A stretch of DNA of 64,000 nucleotides from an uncultured Actinomycetota bacterium (GTDB taxonomy: Bacteria; Actinomycetota; Actinomycetes; Actinomycetales; Dermatophilaceae), in assembly GCA_963787725.1 (NCBI GenBank), contig CAWBEH010000008.1, positions 64,806-128,805 of the forward strand, given 5' to 3'. The notes beneath the pieces were generated by a model. It was given only the letters and a program-made list of their open reading frames with translations, did no database searches and had not been told where the DNA came from. Every line of letters begins with the position of its first letter. Position 1 is the stretch's first letter. Positions 51,899 to 61,771 of the stretch are shown piece by piece. A program made the translations under genes and the position numbers.

Positions 51899-52028
51899 CG
51901 GGGCCTCCCACACATGTCGGATAGGCCGAGCAGGCAGCCCCCACTCGGTAACCCACGAATCTGAGTGAGTGAGGCCCCGGCCCGCAACCACCCAGCAGAC
52001 CCGAGCAGTCACGCCATACCGTCTAGGC

Positions 52029-52054
52029 GGCTGAACGAGCTGCTCCGTTCGGCT
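52029..52054. terminator. hairpin between convergent trkA and DUF3159
   Basis: GCTGAACG (52030-52037) / CGTTCGGC (52046-52053), starting 4 nt after the restored TAG. Confidence 0.55.
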
Positions 52055-52076
52055 CGACGCAGCGTCAAGCCGAGCG

Positions 52077-52862
52077 TCAGGCCTCGGCCGGTCGAGCGTC
52101 GGGGTCGTCGAGCGGGGTGTTGCCGCGCAGCAGCAACAGACCGATGACCAGCACGGCCAGCAGGTAGGCGGGCCAGCCCAGGGCGATCTTCGCGACGCCG
52201 AGGGCCGCGACCTGACCACCGAGGTACAGCGGGACCATCACGGCCAGCCGGATCACGTCGAGCACGACGATGACCCAGCCGACCCGGCTGGCCACCTTGA
52301 CGACACCCTCGTGACGACGCCAGCCGGTGAGCAGCTCGGTCACCGCGGCCTCGTCGGCCTCGGCGCGCGCGACCGTCTCCGGATCCTGGGGCGCGCCCTT
52401 CTTCGACGATGCCTTGAGCCGTTCGCTGGCCTCGGAGAGCTCCGGGTCGGCCGCCGCGATGAGGAACCCGAACAGCGGCCACCGGATCAGGTTGGTGACC
52501 GCGAAGACCAGCCCGACCGCAGCGGTCTGGATCATGCCCGGCAGGAACGCGTCCTCGGCCCGACCCGACCGCAGCGCGAAGAAGGCGGCGACAGCCACCG
52601 CCACCGCCGCATACAGGAGGAAGCGCAGCGTCTCGCGCCGCATCAGGCGCAGCACCGCGAGGACGGCCAGCGCGGCGCCGGCCGCGAGGACCGCCGTGCG
52701 AACGTCCCGGGTGACCGTCCACAGCACGACGAACGCGATCGTCGGCACCGCCGACTCGAGGGCGCCGCGCCAGCCGCCGATGGCGGCGCTCAGGCGGGCG
52801 CGCAACAGCTCCTCGACGGTGACGTATGCCGCGGCCCCGCCGATGCGCGCCGGCTCAGCCAC
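52077..52862 (-). CDS. DUF3159 membrane protein
   Basis: GGWRGALESAVPTIAF, GRAEDAFLPG, RWPLFGF, KIALGWP. Confidence 0.88.
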   Translation of the reverse strand: MAEPARIGGAAAYVTVEELLRARLSAAIGGWRGALESAVPTIAFVVLWTVTRDVRTAVLAAGAALAVLAVLRLMRRETLRFLLYAAVAVAVAAFFALRSGRAEDAFLPGMIQTAAVGLVFAVTNLIRWPLFGFLIAAADPELSEASERLKASSKKGAPQDPETVARAEADEAAVTELLTGWRRHEGVVKVASRVGWVIVVLDVIRLAVMVPLYLGGQVAALGVAKIALGWPAYLLAVLVIGLLLLRGNTPLDDPDARPAEA

Positions 52863-53277
52863 TCTTGGGGACGATCGTGTAGAAGGGGTTGAACATCGTC
52901 GGGATGCCCCGGTAGTACGACACGCGGCCGCTGGCCTTGAGCTGGACTCCGGCGTATATCCCGGCGATCTCGCGGCGGCCGAGCCAGACGAGGTGAAGCG
53001 GGCGGCTGCCGTCGTAGATCTCGACGACCAGCGCCGGGACGTCGGCCCGCGGCCGCAGGGTCACCGAACGGACCGTGCCACAGACGTCGGCCTTCTCGCG
53101 GTTGGCGAGGTCACAGATGGGCGTCGCGCCCTGGCGGTCGGTCTCGTCGCGCAGCTCCTCCGCCTCGTCCTCCTTGGCGGAGCGGGTCATCCGGTCGGCG
53201 AGCCGGGCGAACATGCCGCGCGGCTCCTCGCGCCGGGAGGAGGGGGTCGGAACCTTGCTCTCGATGCCCATGGTCAT
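52855..53277 (-). CDS. OB-fold nucleic-acid-binding protein
   Basis: GTVRSVTLRPR...PALVVEIYDGS...WLGRREIAGI...MFNPFY. Confidence 0.88.
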   Translation of the reverse strand: MTMGIESKVPTPSSRREEPRGMFARLADRMTRSAKEDEAEELRDETDRQGATPICDLANREKADVCGTVRSVTLRPRADVPALVVEIYDGSRPLHLVWLGRREIAGIYAGVQLKASGRVSYYRGIPTMFNPFYTIVPKSG

Positions 53278-54048
53278 CGCACCTCGGTGATCTCTGGTCC
53301 GCGCTCGAAGGGTCGTAGCTGGTCGGCGCGGCGCGCGGGCGTCGCCGGCGGCTCGTCGGAGGCCGCATCCTCGGCGGCCGCGTCGGCGGCCGCCGTGGGA
53401 ACCCGGAGGGGAAGGGCCTCTCGGGGCGGGCGGGCCTCGTCGTCACGGACGACGACGGTGCTCTGCACGATCTCGAGGAGCGGGGCCGCTTTGTCGGGGT
53501 CGGTCGCCGCGGGTCCGCTGATGACGGCTCGCAGGAACCAGCGGGGCCCGTCGACGCCGAGGAAGCGGACGGCGTTCGGCTGGGACCGGCCGTCGGGGCC
53601 GGGCATCGGGATCGTCGCCGCCAGCTCGCGGCCGAGCGGGCCGTCGACGACCTCGACGGTGCCGCCCTGTGCCGTGATGCTGTCGGCGATCTCGGTGCGG
53701 ATGTCCGGCCAGACGCCCAGGGTCCGCGGTGCAGCGAACGCCTGCAGCTGGACCCCCGAGTCGCCGACCACGGCGTGAGCGCTCATGACCGACTGCTGCT
53801 CCTGGTCGAGCTCGAGCCGCAGCTGCATCCCGTCGACGGGGGTGATGAGCAGGCCGCCGAGGTCGATGCGCTCGACCTCGTCGTCGACCTCGGAGGCGTC
53901 GAACGGTCCGCGGAGGCGGTTCAGCCGCTCCTCGCCGTCGTCGCTCACCGCGACCGCAAGGGTCTCGTCATCGGTCGGCGTCGGCCTCCTCGAGCTCGTC
54001 GAGCTCGTCGACCGGCTCGTCGTTGCGGCTCCGGCGGAAGATTCCCAC
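53274..54048 (-). CDS. DUF3710 protein with an apparent +1 frameshift near 53975
   Basis: GTG 54048 gives MGIFRRSRNDEPVDELDE; the main frame has RGPFD, IDLGG, QLQAFAAPR, GVDGPRWFLR; 775 nt (3n+1). Confidence 0.8.
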
Positions 54049-54112
54049 GGTGGTGTCGTCCTTTGCTCACGTCTACTTGTCGTCAACGACCGGCGGGCGC
54101 TGCGTATGCCGC

Positions 54113-54640
54113 TCAGGTCGTGCGCGGCCCGAAGCCGCCGCTCGCTCCGTGCCCAGTTTCCCCCCGCGAGCTCTCCGAGAGCGAATCCACCTCGAGGAAG
54201 GCCGCCTCCGCCACCCGCTGGACCACCAGCTGGGCGATCCGGTCACCGCGGCGGACCTCGAACGGCTCGGTCGGGTCGAGGTTGACCAGGTTGACGAGGA
54301 TCTCCCCGCGGTACCCCTCGTCGATGGTCCCGGGGGCGTTGACGATGGTGATCCCGTGTCGGGCGGCCAGGCCCGACCGCGGGTGGGTGAAGCCGGCATA
54401 CCCCTCGGGCAGGGCGATCGCGAGGCCCGTCGGCACGAGGACGCGCTGGCCCGGGGCGATGGTCACGTCCACCCGGGAGTAGAGGTCGGCGCCGGCGTCG
54501 CCGGGGTGGGCGCGCTCCGGCATTGGCAGACCCGGGTCCAGTCGCCGCGTCGCAACGATGACGCGGTCAGGGCCGACCCCCTGGGGGATCGGCCCTGTCT
54601 GCTCAAGCGGCGGGCGCTGACCCGCCGGGACGTCGGTCAA
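54113..54640 (-). CDS. dut: dUTP diphosphatase (start uncertain; TTG 54640 or ATG in LPMPERAH)
   Basis: [46 protein letters not shown]. Confidence 0.93.
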   Translation of the reverse strand: MTDVPAGQRPPLEQTGPIPQGVGPDRVIVATRRLDPGLPMPERAHPGDAGADLYSRVDVTIAPGQRVLVPTGLAIALPEGYAGFTHPRSGLAARHGITIVNAPGTIDEGYRGEILVNLVNLDPTEPFEVRRGDRIAQLVVQRVAEAAFLEVDSLSESSRGETGHGASGGFGPRTT

Positions 54641-54936
54641 GCCGCGCACTCCCGGCAGACCATCTTGCCGCCCTTCTCGCTCGCCAGCTGGCTGCGGTGA
54701 TGCACCAGATAGCACTCGGTACAGGTGAACTCGTCGGCCTGCCTGGGGATGACCCGGACCGACAGCTCCTCGCCGGAGAGGTCGGCGCCGGGCAGCTCGA
54801 AGCCCTCGGCCTGCTCGGTCTCGTCCACGTCGACGCTCGACGCGGACTTGTCGACACGCCGGGCCTTGAGCTCCTCGATCGAGTCCTCGGAGAGGTCGTC
54901 GTCGGTCTTGCGCGGGGCGTCGTAGTCAGTCGCCAT
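54637..54936 (-). CDS. DUF4193 protein
   Basis: [13 protein letters not shown]...[28 protein letters not shown]...CRECAA. Confidence 0.92.
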   Translation of the reverse strand: MATDYDAPRKTDDDLSEDSIEELKARRVDKSASSVDVDETEQAEGFELPGADLSGEELSVRVIPRQADEFTCTECYLVHHRSQLASEKGGKMVCRECAA

Positions 54937-55566
54937 GGGTTGTATCGCTCCTGCAGTACGTGGTGGTCGTTCGTATGTGGTGTTGTCGCGCGAAGAGGGT
55001 GGCGTCAGTGGGTGGGACAGTGCTCGGACAGTGGTGGGGAAAGACGGTGAATGCGATGAAGGGACAGTCCTCGATGAGTGGTGGCGGGTCGCGTTCGTCG
55101 CCGTCGACTGCTCCCGCTGGGCGGCGCGTCGGACCCGACGTGGGTGTCAGCCGTGTCGTGCTCCGATGTAACGCAGCCGCCCTCTCGTTTGTGCCCGGCT
55201 CTGTGCCTTCTTCGTCACCGAACCCCGCACCGGACGCGGGTGTCGTGCGAGACCCGCGCGCGGATTGTGCCCTACAAACGGCCCGAAGTCACCTCTCGTC
55301 CTGATGTCGGGCATGTCGCCTCCGTCACACCACCTCCGCGAGAGCCGATTTGACCGGGTACTGACCACGGCTTGTCCCGCGCTTGACCCTCCGTGTGGCT
55401 GACTCGGTCTCGCGTCGGTGGTGAGTGGTGGAATGTGTCACCCAGGCTCAATCTGCACATCGCATACCCGTAACCTGTGGCCCGTAAGGTCGGGCCCGGT
55501 GCCCCAGCGGGGCACCACCAGACGTGACAGACCAGCCACCCAGCGCGTACTCCCAGGAGGTGCCGG

Positions 55567-55758
55567 ATGACCGAGTTCCACGCCCAGCTACGAGCCCGAG
55601 TAGTCGAAGCCGTCCAGGACCTCACCGCGGCGCAGGAGTCCGGTGACCACTTCTCCGTCGACGTGCACCGCGCCGACCTGGAGAACATCGCCCGGATCGC
55701 CCGCGAACACGACCTGAGCCTGCCCGAGCTCGACGAGCTGGGGCTCAGCGCCGCCTGA
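55567..55758 (+). CDS. small conserved hypothetical protein (63 aa)
   Basis: AGGAGG RBS; MTEFHAQLRARVVEAVQDL...DLENIARIAREHDL. Confidence 0.7.
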   Translation: MTEFHAQLRARVVEAVQDLTAAQESGDHFSVDVHRADLENIARIAREHDLSLPELDELGLSAA

Positions 55759-55794
55759 CGTCGCCCCTCGTTCGGGCCGGTCAGCCCGGGCCGG

Positions 55795-56646
55795 TCAGCC
55801 CGGGCCGTCCAGCACGGCGAGCAGCTGCGCCTGCACGACGGGATTCCCCGCAACGGTGAGCGCCGCCGACGGGGGGCCACCGTTCGGGCCGCTGACCACG
55901 CCCCCAGACTCCGTGACCATGAGCCAGCCGGCGGCCATGTCCCAGGAGTTCAGGCCGGACTCGTAGAACCCGTCGAGCCGGCCGCAGGCCACCGAGCAGA
56001 GGTCGAGCGCGGCGCTGCCGATGCGGCGGATGTCACGCACGTGCGGCAGCAGCGCGAGCAGGATGCGGCCCTGGTCGGTCCGGCGCTGAGGGGTGTAGCC
56101 GAAGCCGGTGCCCACCAGCGCTCCCGAGAGGGCGTCGACCGAGCCCACCCGCAGCAGTGTGCCCGGGGTCTGGACCGGCTCGTCCCACCCGCGTTCGTAT
56201 GCGCCGCCGCCCAGGACTCCGTGGTAGACGCGGCGTAGAGCCGGGTCGGCGACCGCCCCCGCGAGGACCTGCCACTCCCCCGGTGTCTTCGGGTCACCGG
56301 CCACGGCGGCGACCGAGACCGCATACGCGGGGATGTCGTAGAGGTAGTTGACGGTGCCGTCGATGGGGTCGACGACCCACGTGATGCCCGAGGTGCCGCG
56401 GTGGTCGTTGCCCTCCTCTCCGAGGAACCCGTCGTCAGGACGTTCGGCGAGCAGCAGTCCGCGGATGAGCTCCTCCGCGCGGGTGTCCATGATGGTGACG
56501 ATGTCGGTCGGCGACGACTTCGTGGCGGACGCCTCGACCAGACGCGGGCGCTCGTCGACCACGAGACGTCCGGCCGCCACGGCGACCCGGGTGGCCAGCT
56601 CCTCCAGCCCGGCGAGGTCCGTCCCCTCGGGCACCTCTGGCGCCAT
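55795..56646 (-). CDS. suhB: inositol monophosphatase family
   Basis: DDGFLGEEG, WVVDPIDGTVNY, IRRIGSAALDL, WDMAAG. Confidence 0.92.
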   Translation of the reverse strand: MAPEVPEGTDLAGLEELATRVAVAAGRLVVDERPRLVEASATKSSPTDIVTIMDTRAEELIRGLLLAERPDDGFLGEEGNDHRGTSGITWVVDPIDGTVNYLYDIPAYAVSVAAVAGDPKTPGEWQVLAGAVADPALRRVYHGVLGGGAYERGWDEPVQTPGTLLRVGSVDALSGALVGTGFGYTPQRRTDQGRILLALLPHVRDIRRIGSAALDLCSVACGRLDGFYESGLNSWDMAAGWLMVTESGGVVSGPNGGPPSAALTVAGNPVVQAQLLAVLDGPG

Positions 56647-57761
56647 CAGTCGCTTCCGCACAGGGCCGGCCGCGCCTGACGAAGGTTGGGACAGCAGCCT
56701 GCCGGGCAGACCGACGGCCGGACGCCCGGCCCGGTCGGTCCGGGCCCGCCGCGGGCCTCGGCGGCGCGCTCCTCGAGAAGGTCGACGAGGCCGGCGACGA
56801 AGTCCTCGTCGATGCCGACCGTGGGCACGCGGACCAGCCGAAGGTCGAGGCGTTCGGCGGTCTTGGCGGCCTCGGTGTCGAGGTCGTAGACGACCTCCAT
56901 GTGGTCGGAGACGAAGCCGACCGGGGCGAGGACGACGACGCTGCGCCCGTCGGCCGCCAGCTCCTCCAGCCGGGCGTTGACGTCCGGTTCGAGCCAGGGC
57001 TGGGTGGGTGGCCCGGACCGGGAGCAGTAGACGACCTCGGCCGAGAGGTCACGGCCCAGGGCGTCACGCACCCGGTCGACGACGTCGTGGGCCAGCGTGT
57101 GGTGCTGCTCCTGGTAGAGCCGGCCCTCGCCGTCGCCCGGTCCGGACGTCTCGTCCATCGTGTCGGGGATCGAGTGGGTGACGAACAGCAGGGCGAGCTC
57201 GGCGTCCGGCACATCGGCCAGATCACGGAGCGCCTCGACGACCAGACGGGCGTTGGGACCGACGAAGCCGGGCCGCAACGCATACGGGCCGATCTTGTCG
57301 ATCTCGAGGACCAGCCCTTCCCCGACTTCGTCGTGGGCCCACTCACGGACCTCGGCGAAGGCGTCGGCGAGGTTCTCGCGGTACTGGCGGCAGGAGGAGT
57401 AGGAGGAGTACGCGCTGGTCGTGACGACGACGATCCGGTGGAGGCCGCGGGCCGCGGCGTCGCGGAGCGCGTCGGGGAGGTACGGCGGAGAGTTGCGGTT
57501 GCCCCAGAGGACAGGCACCTCGATCTCGCGCTCCTTGAGCTCGGCCTCGAGGGCGGCGATGAGGGCGCGGTTCTGGTCGTTGATGGGGCTGCGGCCGCCG
57601 AACAGCTCGTAGTGGTGGGCGACGTCCTGGAGCCGGTCGTCGGGGATCCCGCGGCCGGCCGTGACGCGACGCAGGAAGGGCATGACCTCGTCCGGCGCCT
57701 CGGGGCCACCGAACGAAAGCAGCAGGACCGCGTCGTACGGCGCCAGGGCCTCGGACGTCAC
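56646..57761 (-). CDS. hemH: ferrochelatase (coproporphyrin ferrochelatase)
   Basis: LLSFGGPE, HHYELFGGRSPIN, SYSSCRQY, FVTHSIP, PWLEPD, GFVSDHMEVVYDLD. Confidence 0.94.
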   Translation of the reverse strand: MTSEALAPYDAVLLLSFGGPEAPDEVMPFLRRVTAGRGIPDDRLQDVAHHYELFGGRSPINDQNRALIAALEAELKEREIEVPVLWGNRNSPPYLPDALRDAAARGLHRIVVVTTSAYSSYSSCRQYRENLADAFAEVREWAHDEVGEGLVLEIDKIGPYALRPGFVGPNARLVVEALRDLADVPDAELALLFVTHSIPDTMDETSGPGDGEGRLYQEQHHTLAHDVVDRVRDALGRDLSAEVVYCSRSGPPTQPWLEPDVNARLEELAADGRSVVVLAPVGFVSDHMEVVYDLDTEAAKTAERLDLRLVRVPTVGIDEDFVAGLVDLLEERAAEARGGPGPTGPGVRPSVCPAGCCPNLRQARPALCGSD

Positions 57762-58396
57762 CGGGGCTCTCCCAGCCGGAAGGGTTGCGGCGCGTTGAGG
57801 TGCAGCACGACCGCCACCATACGGATCCCGAACACCAGCGCGGCGGCCCCCCACACGACGAACGGCGAGATGAAGCCCACGTAGTACGCCACGACGACGA
57901 TCGTGGACCCGAGGAGGGCGGGCAAGGCGTACAGCTCCCGCCGGAGTACCTCGGGCACCTGACCGACGAGGACGTCTCGCAAGGCGCCGCCCCCGACCGC
58001 CGTGATGGTGCCGACGATGATCGCCGCCAGCGGGGGTATGCCGGGTCGGGCCAGGGCCAGGAGGGCACCGCCGACCGCGAAGAGCGCCAGTCCGACGGCG
58101 TCGAGGACCTTGACCAGACGGCCCAGCCGCTCGACGCCCGGGTGGTAGACGAACGTCACCAGCCCCGCTGCGAGGGCCGTGGCGACGAGCCGCCAGTCGC
58201 TGATCCCGATGGGCGGGATGAAGCCGATGAGCAGGTCACGGAGGACCCCGCCGCCGAGACCGGTCGCGCCGGCCAGGACGAGCACCCCGAACAGGTCCAG
58301 CCGCTTGCGGACCGCGACGAGCCCCCCCGACAGCGCGAACGCGAACACGCCGATGAGGTCGAGCAGCAGCGGCGACACGACAGGGTTGCTCGGCAT
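57758..58396 (-). CDS. trimeric intracellular cation channel (UPF0126) family
   Basis: DLIGVFAFALSG, GGGVLRDLLIG, LDAVGL, GGGALRDVL. Confidence 0.88.
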   Translation of the reverse strand: MPSNPVVSPLLLDLIGVFAFALSGGLVAVRKRLDLFGVLVLAGATGLGGGVLRDLLIGFIPPIGISDWRLVATALAAGLVTFVYHPGVERLGRLVKVLDAVGLALFAVGGALLALARPGIPPLAAIIVGTITAVGGGALRDVLVGQVPEVLRRELYALPALLGSTIVVVAYYVGFISPFVVWGAAALVFGIRMVAVVLHLNAPQPFRLGEPR

Positions 58397-58550
58397 GGCG
58401 GCGCCCACGCTACTCGGGAGCGGGTGAGTCGTTTGGCGGTCTGGTGCGGCGGCGTGCCTCTGGTCGCCACACCGCGTCGCATGGCAGAGTCGAGCACCAG
58501 TGGCAGGCGAAGCGCATGGTCAGGGCGGCGTGAGTGGTCAGGAGTTCGTG

Positions 58551-59784
58551 ATGCAGGACCTGAGACTCATCGGCGTCGAGGAGGACGGCCAACACCTCCT
58601 GCTCACCGGGCCGGACGGTACTCACTACCGACTGGCCCTCGACGAGGCGTTGCGAGCGGCCGCTCGTCACGACCGGCCCCGCCTGGGCCAGCTCCAGATC
58701 GAGATGGAGGGCGGTATGCGTCCTCGTGAGGTCCAGTCCCTGATCCGCGCCGGGGCGACGGCCGAGGAGGTCGCCGACCGGGCCGGCTGGACGGTCGAGA
58801 AGGTCCGCCGCTACGAGGTGCCGATCCTCGCCGAGCGCGTCCACGTGGCCGACCAGGCCCGGCTGGTGCGGGTTCGGTCGAGGGGCGGTTCGACGGGTGC
58901 GCCGGTGCCGACGCTGCAGGGGCGGGTGGCGCAGCGGATGCGCGAGCGGGGCGTGGACCCCGACTCCAGCGCGTGGGACTCGTGGCGCGGCGTCGACGAG
59001 ACGCTCTGGACGGTCGTGCTGACGTTCGCGGCGGGCGGCCGGCAACGCCAGGCGACGTGGACCTACGACCCGGTGCTGCGGACGGTCGAGGCCGGCGACG
59101 ACGAGGCTCGGTGGCTCAGCGGTGACGAGCCGGCGGCGGTCGGTCCGTTGCCGACGGTGGCACCGCGCGTGTCCAGCGTGTACGACGTCGAGGCCGAGGG
59201 CGGCGTCGCCGCGACGCGGCGGGCCGGGACGACGCCGCGCGGCACTCATGACGAGGAGCCGGTCGACCTCATGACGGCGATGCGGCAGCGGACCACGGTG
59301 GGACGCCGGTCCGGGCGGCGGCGGACCCCGGGCGAACCGGTTCGGCGGGAAGTGGCTCCGGCGCTGCCGCTGGGCGGCGACGCGGAGGTCGACGCCCCCG
59401 TGAGCGAGCCTCCCCTGGCGACGGAGCCACCCGAGACGGTCGTCGAGCCCGGTCGACCGGTCGAGGCACCGGTCGAGCCCGGTCGAACCACCGGCGGAGG
59501 CACCGGTCGAGGCGGTCGAGGTCGACCAACCCGACGAGGTCGCCGACGAGGCGCAGGACGTCGAGCTCGAGCCGGCCGGAGCCGAGACCCCACCGCTGGA
59601 CGAGGAATGGCCCGAGCCGCTCGACGAGTTCAGCACGGACGACAGCGTCGAGGCGACTGAAGCCGCCGAGGAGCCCGACGCGACCGACGAGACGCCGACG
59701 GCCAAGAAGGCGACCAGTCGCCGCAAGCAGCGACCGTCGGTTCCGTCGTGGGACGACATCATGTTCGGCACCAAGCGGGACTGA
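58551..59784 (+). CDS. sepH: septation protein SepH (DUF3071) with an apparent +1 frameshift near 59480
   Basis: MQDLRLIG...MRPREVQSLIRAGATAEEVA; the conserved C-terminus RPSVPSWDDIMFG lies in another frame ending at 59784; 1234 nt (3n+1). Confidence 0.85.
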
Positions 59785-59814
59785 CCCACCACGCGCGTTC
59801 GCGCTGTCTGCTGG

Positions 59815-60501
59815 TCAGGCCGGCGGTGGCGGTGGCGGCACCGGGCAGACGTCCAGGTCGAACGGCAGGACGTCCGGCGACAGCGCGGCCGCGCGGGCCG
59901 CGTGCGACGTCATCCGACGCATGTGATGGCGCCGGCACAGCACCTCGTACTCGACCAGCCCGGACGACGCCGGCGACGTGTCCCCGACCACGACCTGCTC
60001 ACCCTCGACGACCATGACCCCGTTCACGACGCGCGCGTTGTGCGTCGCCCGCCGGCCGCACCAGCAGAGCGCCTCTACCTGCAGCTCCTGAACCCGGTCG
60101 GCCAGCTCGATCATTCGCTGCGAACCGGGGAACAGGGTCGCCCGGAAGTCGGCGGTGATCCCGAACGCGAACACGTCCAGCCCCATCTCGTCGACCAGCC
60201 GGGCGAGCTGCTCGACCTGGGCGGGCGTGTAGAACTGGGCCTCGTCGCAGATGAGGTAGTCGACGCGGCCACCCGCGGTGGCCGCGGCCACGACGTCCTC
60301 CCAGAGGTCGAGGTCGTCGGTGACCTCCCGGGCCGGCGTCGACAGGCCGAGCCGAGAGGACAGCACCGCCGTGCCCGCCCGGTCGAGCTTGGTGAAGATG
60401 ATGCCGGCCCGACCCCGGGCCGCGTGGTTGTGGTGCATCTGCAGCGCGAGCGTCGACTTCCCACAGTCCATCGTGCCGTTGAAGAAGACGAGCTCTGCCA
60501 C
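59815..60501 (-). CDS. tdk: thymidine kinase
   Basis: GTMDCGKST, ICDEAQF, FGITADF, LCWCG, YEVLCRRH. Confidence 0.92.
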   Translation of the reverse strand: MAELVFFNGTMDCGKSTLALQMHHNHAARGRAGIIFTKLDRAGTAVLSSRLGLSTPAREVTDDLDLWEDVVAAATAGGRVDYLICDEAQFYTPAQVEQLARLVDEMGLDVFAFGITADFRATLFPGSQRMIELADRVQELQVEALCWCGRRATHNARVVNGVMVVEGEQVVVGDTSPASSGLVEYEVLCRRHHMRRMTSHAARAAALSPDVLPFDLDVCPVPPPPPPA

Positions 60502-60518
60502 GGCCGGTCACTGTAGTC

Positions 60519-60608
60519 GGGGTCCCCGCGAGGTATCGGAGCGAAGCGTGGGGTCCCCGCGACGGATCGACGCGAAGCGCCGAACGTCGTGGGGAGAACC
60601 TCGTGGGG
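60519..60608. repeat. nested REP-like inverted/direct repeat
   Basis: GGGGTCCCCGCGA twice (60519, 60550); GCGAAGCG twice; outer CCCCGCGAGG/CCTCGTGGGG and inner CCCCGCGACG/CGTCGTGGGG stems. Confidence 0.7.
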
Positions 60609-60611
60609 TGA

Positions 60612-61745
60612 CTAGGCGGTGCGCGCCGGCACGGTGACGAGGGGGATGGCCCGCTCCTCGTCGGTCACCGACCCGTGGAACCCGCGCAGCCGCACCATCT
60701 CGGGCCGCATCCGGGCCGAGTCGACCACCGCGCCGTCGTCGAGCATCAGCACGAGCACGTCGCCGATCCGGGCCAGGACCTCCGGCCGGATCTCGCCGAA
60801 CCAGCCGTCGGCCACCAGCTCGTCCCGGGTCGCGACCCAGGCGCGGTCGGCCAGCCGGTCACGCCACCGCGCCACGACCGCGTCGGCGCCGGTGCTGACG
60901 TGCAGCTGGGTCGCGCGCGGCTCCCACGCGAAATGCCGGACCCCCTGGGTGAGCTCCGTCTCGGTGGCCAGGTCCACACGGTGCGCGTACGGCACGTCCA
61001 CCAGCCCGTGGTCGGCCGTCACGTGCACCGCAGTGTCGTCCGGTACCCCGGCCACCAGCGTCGCGAGGTGCCGGTCGACCGACTCGAGCGCGTCGACCCA
61101 CTCCCAGGACCCCGGACCGTGGACGTGACCGACCTTGTCGATGTCGCCCCAGTACAGGTAGACCAGCGACCGAGGTGCCGCGCGGACGGCCTCCAGCGCG
61201 ACCGCCACCCGGTCGGCCAGCGACGACGCCGCCCGGAACCGGCCGCCGCGCAGCGCCGCGTTGGTCAGCCCGGAGCCGTCGAAGAAGCCCGGCCCGATCC
61301 GGGTCACCTCGACGCCCTCGGCCCCGATCTCCTGGAACACGGTCGGGGTGGGCTGCCAGCGGAACGGGTCGGGCCCGTTCTCCCACGACAGCTCGTTGAA
61401 CACCCGGTCGACCGACGGGTCCAGCACCTCGTACCCCACCAGTCCGTGGGTGCCGGGCGGTGTCCCCGTCCCGAACGACCCCATCGCCGTCGCGGTCGTG
61501 GACGGGAAGCCGGAGTCCAGCCGGAGCGCGGTTCCGAGGAAACCCCGCAGGAACGGGGCGTGCCCGGACCGTCGGACCAGCTGCTCGTACCCCAAACCGT
61601 CCACGAGCACGACCACCGCCCGGCGGGCCGGACCGAGCCCGAGGGCCGGCGCCGCCGCATACCGGGAGGAACCGAGGCTCCTTGCGACGGCGGGCAGCAC
61701 CGAGGCGAGGCTGCCCGACGCGTAGTCGGGGGCGGCCGGGTGCAC
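60612..61745 (-). CDS. alkaline-phosphatase/nucleotide pyrophosphatase family protein
   Basis: VLVDGLG, FPSTTATA, DKVGH, TADHG, GFHGS. Confidence 0.88.
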   Translation of the reverse strand: MHPAAPDYASGSLASVLPAVARSLGSSRYAAAPALGLGPARRAVVVLVDGLGYEQLVRRSGHAPFLRGFLGTALRLDSGFPSTTATAMGSFGTGTPPGTHGLVGYEVLDPSVDRVFNELSWENGPDPFRWQPTPTVFQEIGAEGVEVTRIGPGFFDGSGLTNAALRGGRFRAASSLADRVAVALEAVRAAPRSLVYLYWGDIDKVGHVHGPGSWEWVDALESVDRHLATLVAGVPDDTAVHVTADHGLVDVPYAHRVDLATETELTQGVRHFAWEPRATQLHVSTGADAVVARWRDRLADRAWVATRDELVADGWFGEIRPEVLARIGDVLVLMLDDGAVVDSARMRPEMVRLRGFHGSVTDEERAIPLVTVPARTA

Positions 61746-61771
61746 GCGCGCCAGGACCCGGGACGCCGCGG

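Larger units (their letters stand above)
50508..52024 (-). mobile_element. IS110-family element (~1.5 kb) bounded by CT core dinucleotides
   Basis: Junctions ACTACAA-CT-GATATG (50501-50515) and ATACCGT-CT-AGGCGG (52016-52030). Removing the element restores AAC TAG, a valid trkA stop followed by a terminator hairpin. No target-site duplication beyond the core. Confidence 0.85.

Noticed and set aside
55774-55807. 14-bp tandem duplication GGGCCGGTCAGCCC covering the suhB stop
   Set aside because: Simple slippage duplication with no effect on the protein.
59440-59530. CCGGTCGAG repeats in sepH
   Set aside because: Coding low-complexity PVE linker.
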